Origin: Candidatus Zixiibacteriota bacterium
GTDB lineage: Bacteria > RBG-13-66-14 > B26-G2 > WVWN01
Direction of reading: 5' to 3'
Assembly: GCA_030613505.1 (NCBI GenBank)
Contig: JAUWLW010000007.1
Span: forward strand, 6,360-70,359
Length of the DNA stretch: 64,000 nucleotides
Shown piece by piece: positions 1 through 8,238 of the stretch. The notes beneath the pieces are model-generated. The model was not told where the DNA came from. It made no database searches and saw only the letters and a program-made list of their open reading frames with translations. Numbering within the stretch: position 1 is the stretch's first letter; every line of letters begins with the position of its first letter. The position numbers were made by a program, and so were the translations under genes.

Positions 1-414
1 GTAATCCAGCGAGGAGTCCACGCCGTTGGAAGAACTCTCGGTTTTGAACTCGTCGTACTCTTCGGTGGGCGGACGGTGTACCAAATTATACGAGTTGCCG
101 TACGAGACGCTCAAGCGCCACGGCGTAGGCGGGTCGTAGTCGATGCTAAGGCTGGTGTTCCTTCCGCGCGAGGACCTGTTGTCCTCGGGGTTATAGCCGT
201 TATCGAGCGACGTCGACGTTGCGAAGTCCAGGTTGCGGGTCAGCGGTACGTTGTACGACACGCTCCCGCTGGCGTTTTTAGAATCGCTTTGCGAGTAGTA
301 GTTGAAGTCAAACGTTTTGGCGGATTCGGCCTCCTCGCCGCCCTCGTCGGCTTGCGCGGACGAGAGGAGGATGGGTACCGCGAAGATTAAGAAGTATTTA
401 ATCGCTGATTTCAT
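1..414 (-). CDS. Secreted/outer-membrane-like hypothetical protein, 5' part only (continues past the window start)
   Basis: Minus-strand ATG at 414 gives MKSAIKYFLIFAVPILLSSAQADEGGEE... (a signal peptide), and the frame stays open to position 1. It starts 14 nt downstream of the deoB stop (same strand). It is absent from the ORF track because there is no stop inside the window. Confidence 0.55.
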   Translation of the reverse strand, partial: MKSAIKYFLIFAVPILLSSAQADEGGEEAESAKTFDFNYYSQSDSKNASGSVSYNVPLTRNLDFATSTSLDNGYNPEDNRSSRGRNTSLSIDYDPPTPWRLSVSYGNSYNLVHRPPTEEYDEFKTESSSNGVDSSLDY

Positions 415-1603
415 TTAAAAACGACGTGCCGGCCGCCAGCGGGCCGACGGCGAAGTTCTCCGCGACGGTCTGGCCTACGTCTGCGAGCGTAGCCCTCGTG
501 CCTAGCGGGACGCCGCGACCGATGCGTCGGTGCCACGCGAGGAGGGGCGTATATTCGCGGCTGTGGTCCGTGCTGGGCGTCGTCGGGTCGTTGCCGTGGT
601 CCGAAAGGATTAGTATTAAATCGCGCGCGTCCGTCTCACTCTCGACGGACGGCAAAGCGGCGTCGAAATCCTCCAGGGCCCGGGCGTAGCCCTCTACGTC
701 GTTGCGATGGCCGTATACCGTATCCGTGTCGTTCAGGTTGACGAACAGCAGGCCTTCGAACTCGTCGCGTAGTTCGTTTTTAACGGTGCTGACGCCGTCG
801 GCGTTGTCCTTCGTGTGGCTGCAGTCGGTGAAGCCGCGGCCGGCGAAAATGTCGTCAACTTTGCCGACGCCCCTTACGTCGAATCCGCTTTCGCTGAGTT
901 CGACTAGTAACGTGGGAGCCGGCGGGGGTAACGAATAGTCGCGACGGGCATCGTTACGCCGGTAAAACGAGCCGACGTCGCCCGCGAAAGGGCGTACGAT
1001 TACTCTACCGACGGCGTACGGCCTCTTCATAGCGCCGCGAGCTTTCCGGCCGATGTCGTAGAGCTCGTCGAGCGGTACGACGTCGACGTGGGCGGCTATC
1101 TGGCAAACGCTGTCGGCCGACGTGTAGAGTATCAAAGCGCCGGTCCGAAGGTGTTCTTCGCCCAATTCGGCGATTATTCGCGTACCGGACGCGGCCCGGT
1201 TGCCTATGAACTCGCGGCCTGTCGCCGCCCTCAACTTTTCTACCGTGTCCCGCGGGAACCCCTCCGGGAAGAGGGGAAAGCTCTTTTTTAAAACGACGCC
1301 GGCGATCTCCCAATGGCCGCTGGTGGAATCTTTGCCTACCGCGGTCATCGTCAACTTGCCGTATCCACCGGTAACGGCGGTTTCTTCAAAGCCGGGAAGG
1401 CGCGTCAAACGGTTAAGGCCCCGTGCGGCGAGGTGGGGGAGACGCAGTCGTCCTCGCGCGTTGACGACGTTGCCCAAACTGTCGGACCCCTCGTCGCCGA
1501 ATTCGCTCGCATCCGGCAATTCGCCAATTCCGACGCCGTCGAGTATAATAACGATAACGCGGTCGAACCGTCTATTCGTCCTAGTCACGGCGAAGCGCGG
1601 CAA
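398..1603 (-). CDS. deoB: Phosphopentomutase
   Basis: 401 aa with ILDGVGIGELPD near the N-terminus and overall DeoB/alkaline-phosphatase-superfamily signatures. The true start may be the GTG at 1588 (MTRTNRRFDRVIVIILDG), which would overlap the mtnA stop by 8 nt. Confidence 0.9.
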   Translation of the reverse strand: MPRFAVTRTNRRFDRVIVIILDGVGIGELPDASEFGDEGSDSLGNVVNARGRLRLPHLAARGLNRLTRLPGFEETAVTGGYGKLTMTAVGKDSTSGHWEIAGVVLKKSFPLFPEGFPRDTVEKLRAATGREFIGNRAASGTRIIAELGEEHLRTGALILYTSADSVCQIAAHVDVVPLDELYDIGRKARGAMKRPYAVGRVIVRPFAGDVGSFYRRNDARRDYSLPPPAPTLLVELSESGFDVRGVGKVDDIFAGRGFTDCSHTKDNADGVSTVKNELRDEFEGLLFVNLNDTDTVYGHRNDVEGYARALEDFDAALPSVESETDARDLILILSDHGNDPTTPSTDHSREYTPLLAWHRRIGRGVPLGTRATLADVGQTVAENFAVGPLAAGTSFLNEISD

Positions 1604-2618
1604 GCGCGGCGCCCAACGGTGGTTTGGCCACGCCCCCCTCCATAATGACCGCGTCTATCAAGTACGCCGGCGTTACGTCGAACGCGGGATTATAAACGTC
1701 CACGCCCACGGGAGCGAAACGGGCGCCGGCGAAAGACGTTACTTCCTCCGGGTTTCGCTCTTCTATCGGAATGTCCGCCCCCGAAGCCATGTCGAAGTCC
1801 ACCGTCGAGAGGGGCGCCGCCACGTAGAAAGGAACCAGGAAATGCCGCGCCAATATCGCTAGATTGAGCGTTCCTATTTTATTAGCGGCGTCGCCGTTAG
1901 CTGCGACGCGGTCGGCGCCGACGACGACGCAGTCGACCTTCCCCTGGGACATTACTGAGGCCGCCATGTCGTCGCAGATTAGGGTGGCCGGGATGCCGGC
2001 TTGCGTCAGCTCCCAGGCCGTCAAGCGCGCCCCCTGCAACAGGGGCCTCGTCTCGTCGACGTAGACCGATACGTTTTTTCCCTCTTCGACCGCGGCGTAC
2101 ACGACGCCCAGAGCGGTGCCATAGTCGACCGTCGCCAACGCGCCGGCGTTGCAGTGGGTTAGAACCGTAGCGCCGTCTTCCAGAAGGGCGGCGCCGAACT
2201 TGCCCAAGCGGCGGTTGGCCTCCCGGTCCTCTTCCTCGATAGCTTTCGCCTCGCGCTCGAGCCGTTCGTAAAGTTCTTGGGCCGAAGCCTCTTGCCCTTG
2301 GGCCGCGGCTTCCATCCGGCGGACGGCCCACGCCAAGTTGACCGCTGTCGGCCGCGCCGCCGCCAATAACTCGGCCGCCCGGGCGACGTGCTCCCGCAAT
2401 TCTTCGGGCGACGAATTTTTTGCGGAATGCGCGGCAAGCAATACGCCGTACGCCGCGGCGACGCCGATAGCCGGCGCGCCCCGGACGACGAGGCGGTGGA
2501 TGGCGTCCCGGACTTCTTCGGCCGAGTCGCAACGCTTTATAACCAGCTCCGAAGGTAAGAGCGTCTGGTCGACGAGCTCGAGCGCATCGCCGGCCCATTT
2601 TAACGTCGGCAGCCGCAC
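1581..2618 (-). CDS. mtnA: Methylthioribose-1-phosphate isomerase (eIF-2B alpha/beta/delta-like family)
   Basis: 345 aa; the N-terminus 'LKWAGDALELVDQTLLP' and the GADRVAANGDAANKIGT motif are typical of MtnA. Confidence 0.85.
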   Translation of the reverse strand: MRLPTLKWAGDALELVDQTLLPSELVIKRCDSAEEVRDAIHRLVVRGAPAIGVAAAYGVLLAAHSAKNSSPEELREHVARAAELLAAARPTAVNLAWAVRRMEAAAQGQEASAQELYERLEREAKAIEEEDREANRRLGKFGAALLEDGATVLTHCNAGALATVDYGTALGVVYAAVEEGKNVSVYVDETRPLLQGARLTAWELTQAGIPATLICDDMAASVMSQGKVDCVVVGADRVAANGDAANKIGTLNLAILARHFLVPFYVAAPLSTVDFDMASGADIPIEERNPEEVTSFAGARFAPVGVDVYNPAFDVTPAYLIDAVIMEGGVAKPPLGAALAALRRD

Positions 2619-2822
2619 GTTTTGGATTCCTCCACGTTAAATAGCGATTGTATTTAAAACCAGGGTTTAAGTCAAGTGCTAACGCGTTCTCCCTATTGCG
2701 CTTGGTAAAAGGTTTATGGTAGATTTCAACGGTATGAGCGTTTATAGTAAGGCCTTGCCGACGTTTGTATATTACCCGGCCGCGGGTATATGTCGACGAC
2801 CCGGGTTCGGTCGATAGCATAG

Positions 2823-3268
2823 AAATGGTGAACGAAAAGAAGTTGGACGCAGGTGCCGGGCGGCAAGCGATATTGAAGCCCGAGCTAGAGGAAAGGCCGC
2901 CGCTGGGCCCGGTGGTGGCCGTCGTGCGTTTCGCGGCGCCCTGGTGGCGCGGCGCGGCGCGGCGTAGGTACGGAAAGTTCCTGGACGGCTTAGTCGCCGC
3001 TTTTCGGATCCGCGCCCGGGACGAGCCGGACCTGACGGTTACCGAGGAGGGTAACCGCGTCGTCGTCCGGCGCCGCCTCGACGACGGGCGCACCGAGGTA
3101 CGCCTCGAGCGCGACGGCCGTGCCCGCGGTACGTTATACTGCGACCGCCGCGAACTGGAAAACTTATACGTCTTGGGGGTCGTAGCCGGCGCAAAGGTAT
3201 ATCGCTCCGAGAAGATGGAGAAAGAGGCGCCGGGAACGCCGAGGGAAGATGCCGACAATAGCGGATAA
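2823..3268 (+). CDS. Hypothetical protein
   Basis: Longest non-antisense ORF in the 200-bp-plus gap between mtnA and yggS (start taken at MVNEKK). No recognisable domain. Overlaps the yggS start by 20 nt. Confidence 0.35.
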
Positions 3269-3932
3269 CGTGAGGACGGTCTTGGACCGCATTGCAACCG
3301 CCGCTGCGCGGGCCGGTCGGAACCCGGAAGATGTAGCGCTCGTAGCCGCCGCGAAGACGCGGAGCGCGGCGCAGGTCCGCGCCGTCGTTGAGGCGGGCGT
3401 AAAATTCGTGGGCGAAAATCGCGTCCAGGAAGCCGAGGCCAAAATGGCCGAACTGGCGGATGTCGATTGCGCATGGCATATGATAGGACACCTTCAGCGC
3501 AATAAGGCGGCGAAAGCAGTGCGGTTCTTCGACGTGGTCCAGTCGCTAGACAGCCCGCGGCTGGCGGATGAGCTTCAAAAGAGGGCCGCGGCGGCCGATA
3601 AAGTTATGACCGTCTTGCTGGAGGTTAATACGAGCGGGGAGGAGACCAAGTACGGCGTGGTGCCCGAAGCAGCGGCGGATTTCGCGGCGTACGTCGCCAC
3701 TTGCGCCAACCTCCGCGTCGAGGGTTTAATGACCATCGGCCCGCTCGGCGCGGGCCCGGCTACTACGGTGGCCGCGTTCCAAACGCTACGCGACCTCTTC
3801 GAAAAAATAGCGCCGTCTTTAGGCGGCGATTTCCGGTGGCTCTCTATGGGAATGACGGACGACTTCGAGCTAGCCGTCGAGGAAGGCTCGAACATGGTTA
3901 GGGTGGGGAGGGCGCTATTCGGCTCACGCTAG
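3249..3932 (+). CDS. yggS: YggS-family pyridoxal-phosphate homeostasis protein (alanine racemase N-terminal fold)
   Basis: 227 aa; the FVGENRVQEAEAKMAEL motif, the HMIGHLQRNKAA motif, and a C-terminal FELAVEEGSNMVRVGRALFG are classic YggS/PLPHP. Confidence 0.9.
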   Translation: MPTIADNVRTVLDRIATAAARAGRNPEDVALVAAAKTRSAAQVRAVVEAGVKFVGENRVQEAEAKMAELADVDCAWHMIGHLQRNKAAKAVRFFDVVQSLDSPRLADELQKRAAAADKVMTVLLEVNTSGEETKYGVVPEAAADFAAYVATCANLRVEGLMTIGPLGAGPATTVAAFQTLRDLFEKIAPSLGGDFRWLSMGMTDDFELAVEEGSNMVRVGRALFGSR

Positions 3933-4465
3933 ACTATTTCGTAGTTCTCGGCGTGCGGGTTCGCGAGGAGGCCGCGCGAACGTTCGCGGGCGACGAGGAT
4001 TTCTTTGACGTATTTCGGGTCCGCGCCGGGCGCGAGCTTGATAGTCCATGCGACACCACGGCCGGCAGCCACGACGGCGTCGTACCCCAGCTCGATCGCC
4101 AAATGGCGACACAGCGACTCGTCGAAAAGCCCTTCGCGCGGGTACACGAGCGCGACGTAACTGTCGTCCTTCGATAATGGCCTTTCGACGGTTTGCACTA
4201 CGAAGGTCTCTTTATTGGGATTGGCAAACACGGTGGTGCCGGCCGCGATTTCGCTCAAGTACGCAAGCGCCGCCGCTTCTTCTCCCGCTACGGCCACGCG
4301 GTAGTAGTCTTGGCGGTTTAAATCGGCCAGGATGTCGCCGTACCCCAGCCGATCCGTCAAAGTCTGGCGAGCCGTAAGCGCTATGCGGTCTACGACCCTG
4401 AGAGTTACAAAAAGCTCCAACTCGACGTGTTTAGCCGTCTTCAACGCCACGCGTAAAAGTAACAT
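3929..4465 (-). CDS. Hypothetical protein
   Basis: 178 aa ORF with coherent codon usage. Its stop overlaps the yggS end (convergent). No domain recognised. Confidence 0.55.
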   Translation of the reverse strand: MLLLRVALKTAKHVELELFVTLRVVDRIALTARQTLTDRLGYGDILADLNRQDYYRVAVAGEEAAALAYLSEIAAGTTVFANPNKETFVVQTVERPLSKDDSYVALVYPREGLFDESLCRHLAIELGYDAVVAAGRGVAWTIKLAPGADPKYVKEILVARERSRGLLANPHAENYEIV

Positions 4466-4501
4466 TATTCCTCTCAGGACGCAACGTCAATGTCTCCGCG
4501 T

Positions 4502-4530
4502 TTGACGACGTGGCACGGGTATGGTATATT
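4502..4530 (+). promoter_or_regulatory. Putative sigma70 promoter (TTGACG-17 nt-TATATT) upstream of the DUF4388 gene
   Basis: TTGACG at 4502-4507, a 17-nt spacer, and TATATT at 4525-4530, about 40 nt before the CDS start at 4572. Confidence 0.45.
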
Positions 4531-4571
4531 CGCGCTGTCGCGCGAGAGGGTTTTATCCGGCGGTAGATTAA

Positions 4572-5498
4572 ATGGATATTGAGAAAAACGGCGAGTTAGA
4601 CAAAACGAGCCCGGCGGAAATCTTCGCGGCCGTCCATCGCGCACGCGCGTACGGCGTCATTCATTTCAAAAGCGCCGGTGGGGAGACCGTATTCGTTACG
4701 TTTAAGCGCGGCCTGGCCCAGCACGCTTACGGCAAAGCAGGTGAAGGGGAGGCAGCGGTAAAGGTAGTGCTAAATTGGCGGGAAGGAGAGTACCGCTTTA
4801 TCGAGGACGTAATACCGGATGAAGAAAATTTCCCGGTCAACGTACCGCCGGGGATCGCTGTAGCGCTGGGCGTCGGTAAGGGCGAGGGACTCGAGGGGGC
4901 GGCGTTGGCGAAGGTGCCGCCGCTACCTATCTTGACGGCGGGCGAACCGGCGGGCCAGGTCTCGCCCAAGGATGCGGGGGACCTTTTCGGCGAACTAGAA
5001 AAGGGGAAATTCACCGGTTGTTGCGCGGTCGGCCCACCGACGGAGCGGTTGGGTTTGTTTTTGTTTATCGAGGGTGCCGCGATCGGCGGCCTTATGTGGG
5101 ATTGCGACAGTTTCAGGCGCGGCGACGAAGCGGCGACGGCTTTGGAGAAGGTCTTCGAACGAATAAAAGGGGAACTCGAGCTATTTAGCGCGGGCGAAGA
5201 GGTCGCGTCGGCGATAGCGGTGGCCTTTGCCGGTCATTTAGCCATCGCGCGGATGCCTTCGGCCGCTATTAATATGGAGGAATATCTGTCGTGGGCCCGT
5301 AAGGTCGGGCTCACCGGTTTGGTTTCGATTATCGCCGGCGAAAAAGCCGCGAATATTTTGATAAAAAACGGCGACGTCCTCGGGGCCGTCGTCGCCCCCG
5401 ACGCGACGGTCAACGCCGAGGCCGACGAGGCGTTGGCGTTGTTTTATGCGCGGGAGGCAACCGTCGAGGCTTACGCCACAAAGGCCGGGATTATTTAA
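4572..5498 (+). CDS. DUF4388-domain protein (PATAN/receiver-like N-terminus)
   Basis: 308 aa. The N-terminus (GELDKTSPAEIFAAVHRARAYGVIHFKS) resembles the DUF4388 N-terminus and is paralogous in architecture to the protein at 18140. Confidence 0.65.
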   Translation: MDIEKNGELDKTSPAEIFAAVHRARAYGVIHFKSAGGETVFVTFKRGLAQHAYGKAGEGEAAVKVVLNWREGEYRFIEDVIPDEENFPVNVPPGIAVALGVGKGEGLEGAALAKVPPLPILTAGEPAGQVSPKDAGDLFGELEKGKFTGCCAVGPPTERLGLFLFIEGAAIGGLMWDCDSFRRGDEAATALEKVFERIKGELELFSAGEEVASAIAVAFAGHLAIARMPSAAINMEEYLSWARKVGLTGLVSIIAGEKAANILIKNGDVLGAVVAPDATVNAEADEALALFYAREATVEAYATKAGII

Positions 5499-5534
5499 CA
5501 TACGAACGCGGCTTATACCGGGAGGTTTCGTCGA

Positions 5535-6389
5535 CTAAGCGAATGCCATAAAGACAACGCCCGCGGTTATGGCGAACGCGCCACCCATACGGCGCCACCG
5601 CCCTCCTTCCCCCAAGAATCGGGCACCGAAGAGTACGCTGAATATCATGCCGACGTTGCGCGCGGCGCCGACGTACGAGACGAACGTCATATTGAGCGCG
5701 ACGAGCGCACACAGGAATCCGCCCATAGCGACGACGCCGACGGCCGCGACGAGCAGAAAGTGGCGGTATACATACCGGGCCGCGGCGAAGAGAGGGCGGG
5801 TAACCACACAATATACGCCCAGCGTAGCCGCGGCGACGAGCCACGCCATGTAGATAGCGGCGTACGGCGAGACGAAACCGATAGCCCATTTATAACAAAT
5901 GTGATGGGCCGCGATGGCGGCGCCGGTCAACAGGGAAAGTAGAACCGCGGCGGCGGTCACGCGCGCGCCGCGTCCGGGCCAGGCGACGGTACTTATCCCC
6001 GCTACGATTAGGGCGATGCCGACGTAACCCAGAAGCGTAACGTCTTCCGCAAGCAGGAATAAGCCGCCCGCGAGGATGAATAGCGGCGCCGAGCCCCGGC
6101 TCACCGGGTAAACAAGGGAGAGGTCGCCGCGGCGGTAAGTATACGTCAGCAGGATAAAATAGGTTCCTTCGATCAAACCTGCAAGCGTAGTCGCGACGAA
6201 CGGCTCGAGGGAATGTGCGTCCAGATGAGGCGCGACGAATATTACGAACGGGGGCGTATATATCGCGAGCGCCGACACGATGGCGCCGAGGAAGAATACC
6301 GACGGGTCCGCAGCCTTTTTAACCAGTAGGTTCCATACGGCCAAAATGAGTCCGGAAGCGATTACCAAGAATATGGCTGCGACAGGCAT
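5535..6389 (-). CDS. EamA/DMT-superfamily transporter
   Basis: 284 aa with about 10 predicted TM helices and two EamA-like halves. Confidence 0.75.
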   Translation of the reverse strand: MPVAAIFLVIASGLILAVWNLLVKKAADPSVFFLGAIVSALAIYTPPFVIFVAPHLDAHSLEPFVATTLAGLIEGTYFILLTYTYRRGDLSLVYPVSRGSAPLFILAGGLFLLAEDVTLLGYVGIALIVAGISTVAWPGRGARVTAAAVLLSLLTGAAIAAHHICYKWAIGFVSPYAAIYMAWLVAAATLGVYCVVTRPLFAAARYVYRHFLLVAAVGVVAMGGFLCALVALNMTFVSYVGAARNVGMIFSVLFGARFLGEGGRWRRMGGAFAITAGVVFMAFA

Positions 6390-6440
6390 AACGGCTCAAA
6401 GAATACCACCGCGGCCGCCTTGGGTCAACGCGAAACCCAA

Positions 6441-6466
6441 ATGTACGTATGCACCCGGTCGTACAT
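6441..6466. promoter_or_regulatory. Perfect inverted repeat ATGTACG-N12-CGTACAT (candidate operator) in a divergent intergenic region
   Basis: 7-bp perfect arms at 6441-6447 and 6460-6466, between the minus-strand EamA transporter gene and the plus-strand lipoprotein gene. Confidence 0.3.
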
Positions 6467-6516
6467 CTCCAGTGCGTCTCCGGCCACGGGGCGTACGCTT
6501 GCCTTTCGTAATCGCG

Positions 6517-6987
6517 ATGGCTTGTGTCACGGCCGCGGTTTTGTGCGCGTCGTGCGGCGACGACGGCGCCGGCCGCGGCGCGCCCGAAATACTCAAGGAG
6601 ATCGCGCCCGAAGAATACGAAAAGCTCGTGGCCGCGGGCGACGTCCCTTCTCGGGATTACGACGAGATGGGTGGAGTTTCGGATGAAGGCCTCGGGAGAG
6701 AGGGAGAGCCGCGCAAAGAATACCGGCGCGCCGGTACCCTTCGGGGAAAGGGGGACGCGGATTCGTTCGAAGTGTACGCTGGATACGATCAGGTCGACGT
6801 CGTATTCACGTGGCCCGAGGGGCAGGTAGATTTTTGGGTTAAAGTCTACGGCCGGGAAGGCGACGAGCTGGGCGACTTCGACTTGGATAAGGGCGAGATC
6901 ATCCAGCTTTTAAACGGCGGGGAGTTTACGGTGGAGATATACTCGAAAGAAGGCGGCGGCTCTTGGTCCGCGACGTATCAGAACTAA
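6517..6987 (+). CDS. Putative secreted/lipoprotein, paralog A (shares a C-terminal domain with 7140..7577)
   Basis: Internal ATG at 6517 (MACVTAAVLCASCGDDG...); an upstream in-frame TTG at 6499 would give a longer signal peptide. C-terminal ...GDELGDFDLDKGEIIQLLNGGEFTVEIYSKEGGGSWSATYQN. The long track ORF from 6280 overlaps the neighbouring transporter gene and is not credible upstream of about 6499. Confidence 0.6.
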   Translation: MACVTAAVLCASCGDDGAGRGAPEILKEIAPEEYEKLVAAGDVPSRDYDEMGGVSDEGLGREGEPRKEYRRAGTLRGKGDADSFEVYAGYDQVDVVFTWPEGQVDFWVKVYGREGDELGDFDLDKGEIIQLLNGGEFTVEIYSKEGGGSWSATYQN

Positions 6988-7054
6988 CGCCGGCGTGGCG
7001 GATAACGCGCGAAACGTAGCGCGCCGCATGAAAAAGGTCAATCGGAGAAAAAAT

Positions 7055-7083
7055 CTTGACACCCGCCGTCATTATTGGTATTT
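7055..7083 (+). promoter_or_regulatory. Putative sigma70 promoter (TTGACA-17 nt-TATTTT)
   Basis: Consensus TTGACA at 7055-7060, a 17-nt spacer, and TATTTT at 7078-7083. An AGGAGG RBS lies at 7126-7131, 8 nt before the TTG start at 7140. Confidence 0.5.
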
Positions 7084-7139
7084 TCTCATCGGAGACAAGA
7101 CGCTATCATTAGTAAATGATTAACTAGGAGGTTCGCTTC

Positions 7140-7577
7140 TTGAAAGTAAAGCTATTTATAACGTTGGCGACGGCGGCGGTGCTGTGCGCCGCGATCATCG
7201 CGTGCAGCTCTTTGAAGGGCGGCGAAGAAGAGAAACCCGCCCCGACACCTACTCCCGCGCCCGCGCCTGAGCCGGAAGTCGGTAAAGTATCGAAAATCAC
7301 GTCCGGAGACACAACAACGCTTTCCGGCATCCTGCGCGGCGCAAACGATTCCAATAAGTTCGATGTCTTCGCGGAAAGCGACTTAATCGAAGTCGAATTC
7401 GATTGGCCGGACGATACGTACTTCCACGTTAAAGTACTCGGCATGGCCGGAGACGAGTTGGGCGACTTTGACTTGAGCGAAGGCGAGGTTATCGAACTTA
7501 CAGGAGGCGGTAAGTTCACGCTGATAGTCTATTCCAGAGGCGGCGACGGCCCCTGGGCGGCGACTTATACCGATTAA
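7140..7577 (+). CDS. Lipoprotein, paralog B of 6517..6987
   Basis: TTG start; MKVKLFITLATAAVLCAAIIAC has a lipobox (IIAC). The C-terminal roughly 90 aa are clearly homologous to paralog A (GDELGDFDLSEGEVIELTGGGKFTLIVYSRGGDGPWAATYTD). Confidence 0.75.
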   Translation: MKVKLFITLATAAVLCAAIIACSSLKGGEEEKPAPTPTPAPAPEPEVGKVSKITSGDTTTLSGILRGANDSNKFDVFAESDLIEVEFDWPDDTYFHVKVLGMAGDELGDFDLSEGEVIELTGGGKFTLIVYSRGGDGPWAATYTD

Positions 7578-7599
7578 TTACGTAAACCCCTCCTCCTTG

Positions 7600-7634
7600 G
7601 GCGTCGGCCTTCGCGGGTCGGCGCCCTTTCTTTA
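7600..7634 (+). terminator. Rho-independent terminator
   Basis: A 10-bp GC-rich stem (GGCGTCGGCC / GGGTCGGCGCC, with G-U pairs) and a 6-nt loop, followed by CCTTTCTTT. Confidence 0.5.
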
Positions 7635-7648
7635 ACGAGGGTCGTTCT

Positions 7649-8050
7649 ATGGTTACGATAGATCTCGACAAACTATTGGCCGCGGCGAGCGCGGTCCGAG
7701 AGCGAGCGTACGCCCCGTATTCGCATTTCGCGGTCGGCGCCGCGGCGTTGGGAAGTGACGGCCGGGTCTACGCGGGAACGAACGTCGAGAACGCCTCGTA
7801 CGGCTTAAGCCTTTGTGCCGAACGCGCCGCCGTGGCCGCGGCCGTTGCGGGCGGCGCGTCGGAGATACTCGCCGTAGCGGTAATCGCCGACCGTCCGGTA
7901 CCGCCCTGCGGCGCGTGCCTTCAGGTGATCGCGGAACTGGGGCCTACGGCTACCGTGGCCTGGGGGGACGGTACGGGCGGTTATAACGTTGCCGAAGTGG
8001 GCGAGCTCTTGACGAAGCCTTTCAGGCTCGAACGGGGCGAAGGTAGGTAG
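7649..8050 (+). CDS. cdd: Cytidine deaminase
   Basis: 133 aa; zinc motifs CAERAA and PCGACLQV, typical of homotetrameric Cdd. Confidence 0.9.
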   Translation: MVTIDLDKLLAAASAVRERAYAPYSHFAVGAAALGSDGRVYAGTNVENASYGLSLCAERAAVAAAVAGGASEILAVAVIADRPVPPCGACLQVIAELGPTATVAWGDGTGGYNVAEVGELLTKPFRLERGEGR

Positions 8051-8238
8051 CAACGCCGTCGTGGGCTTAGCGGGCTGCGGCAAGCGGTTACGCGGGTCGT
8101 GTGGGCAGGATTACTCTGCCAGTATTTTATTTTCGGCCCGTTCGCGGCCGTAGAAGCGGCGTATATAAAATATACAAAAACAACGAACCGGGGGCCAAGC
8201 TTACCTTAACTATCTTTAAATCGCTTGAAATAGAGGAG

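Noticed and set aside
2619-2822. A ~200-bp intergenic region upstream of mtnA, examined for a SAM riboswitch (methionine-salvage context)
   Set aside because: The reverse strand lacks the SAM-I core elements. Only a weak AUAGGGAGAAC stretch is present. It is most likely just a divergent promoter region; I cannot exclude another RNA class without a covariance-model scan.
1897-3474. Longest ORF in the region (525 aa, minus strand), extremely Arg/Pro-rich
   Set aside because: It runs antisense to mtnA and yggS. Its composition is the typical artefact of reading a high-GC coding region in the wrong frame or strand. No domain or motif was found.
4507-4525. TGGCAC motif considered as a sigma-54 -24 element (rpoN is encoded in the window)
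   Set aside because: The -12 GC element is missing at the correct spacing (TGGT instead of TTGC). The same region fits a sigma70 TTGACG-17-TATATT promoter much better.
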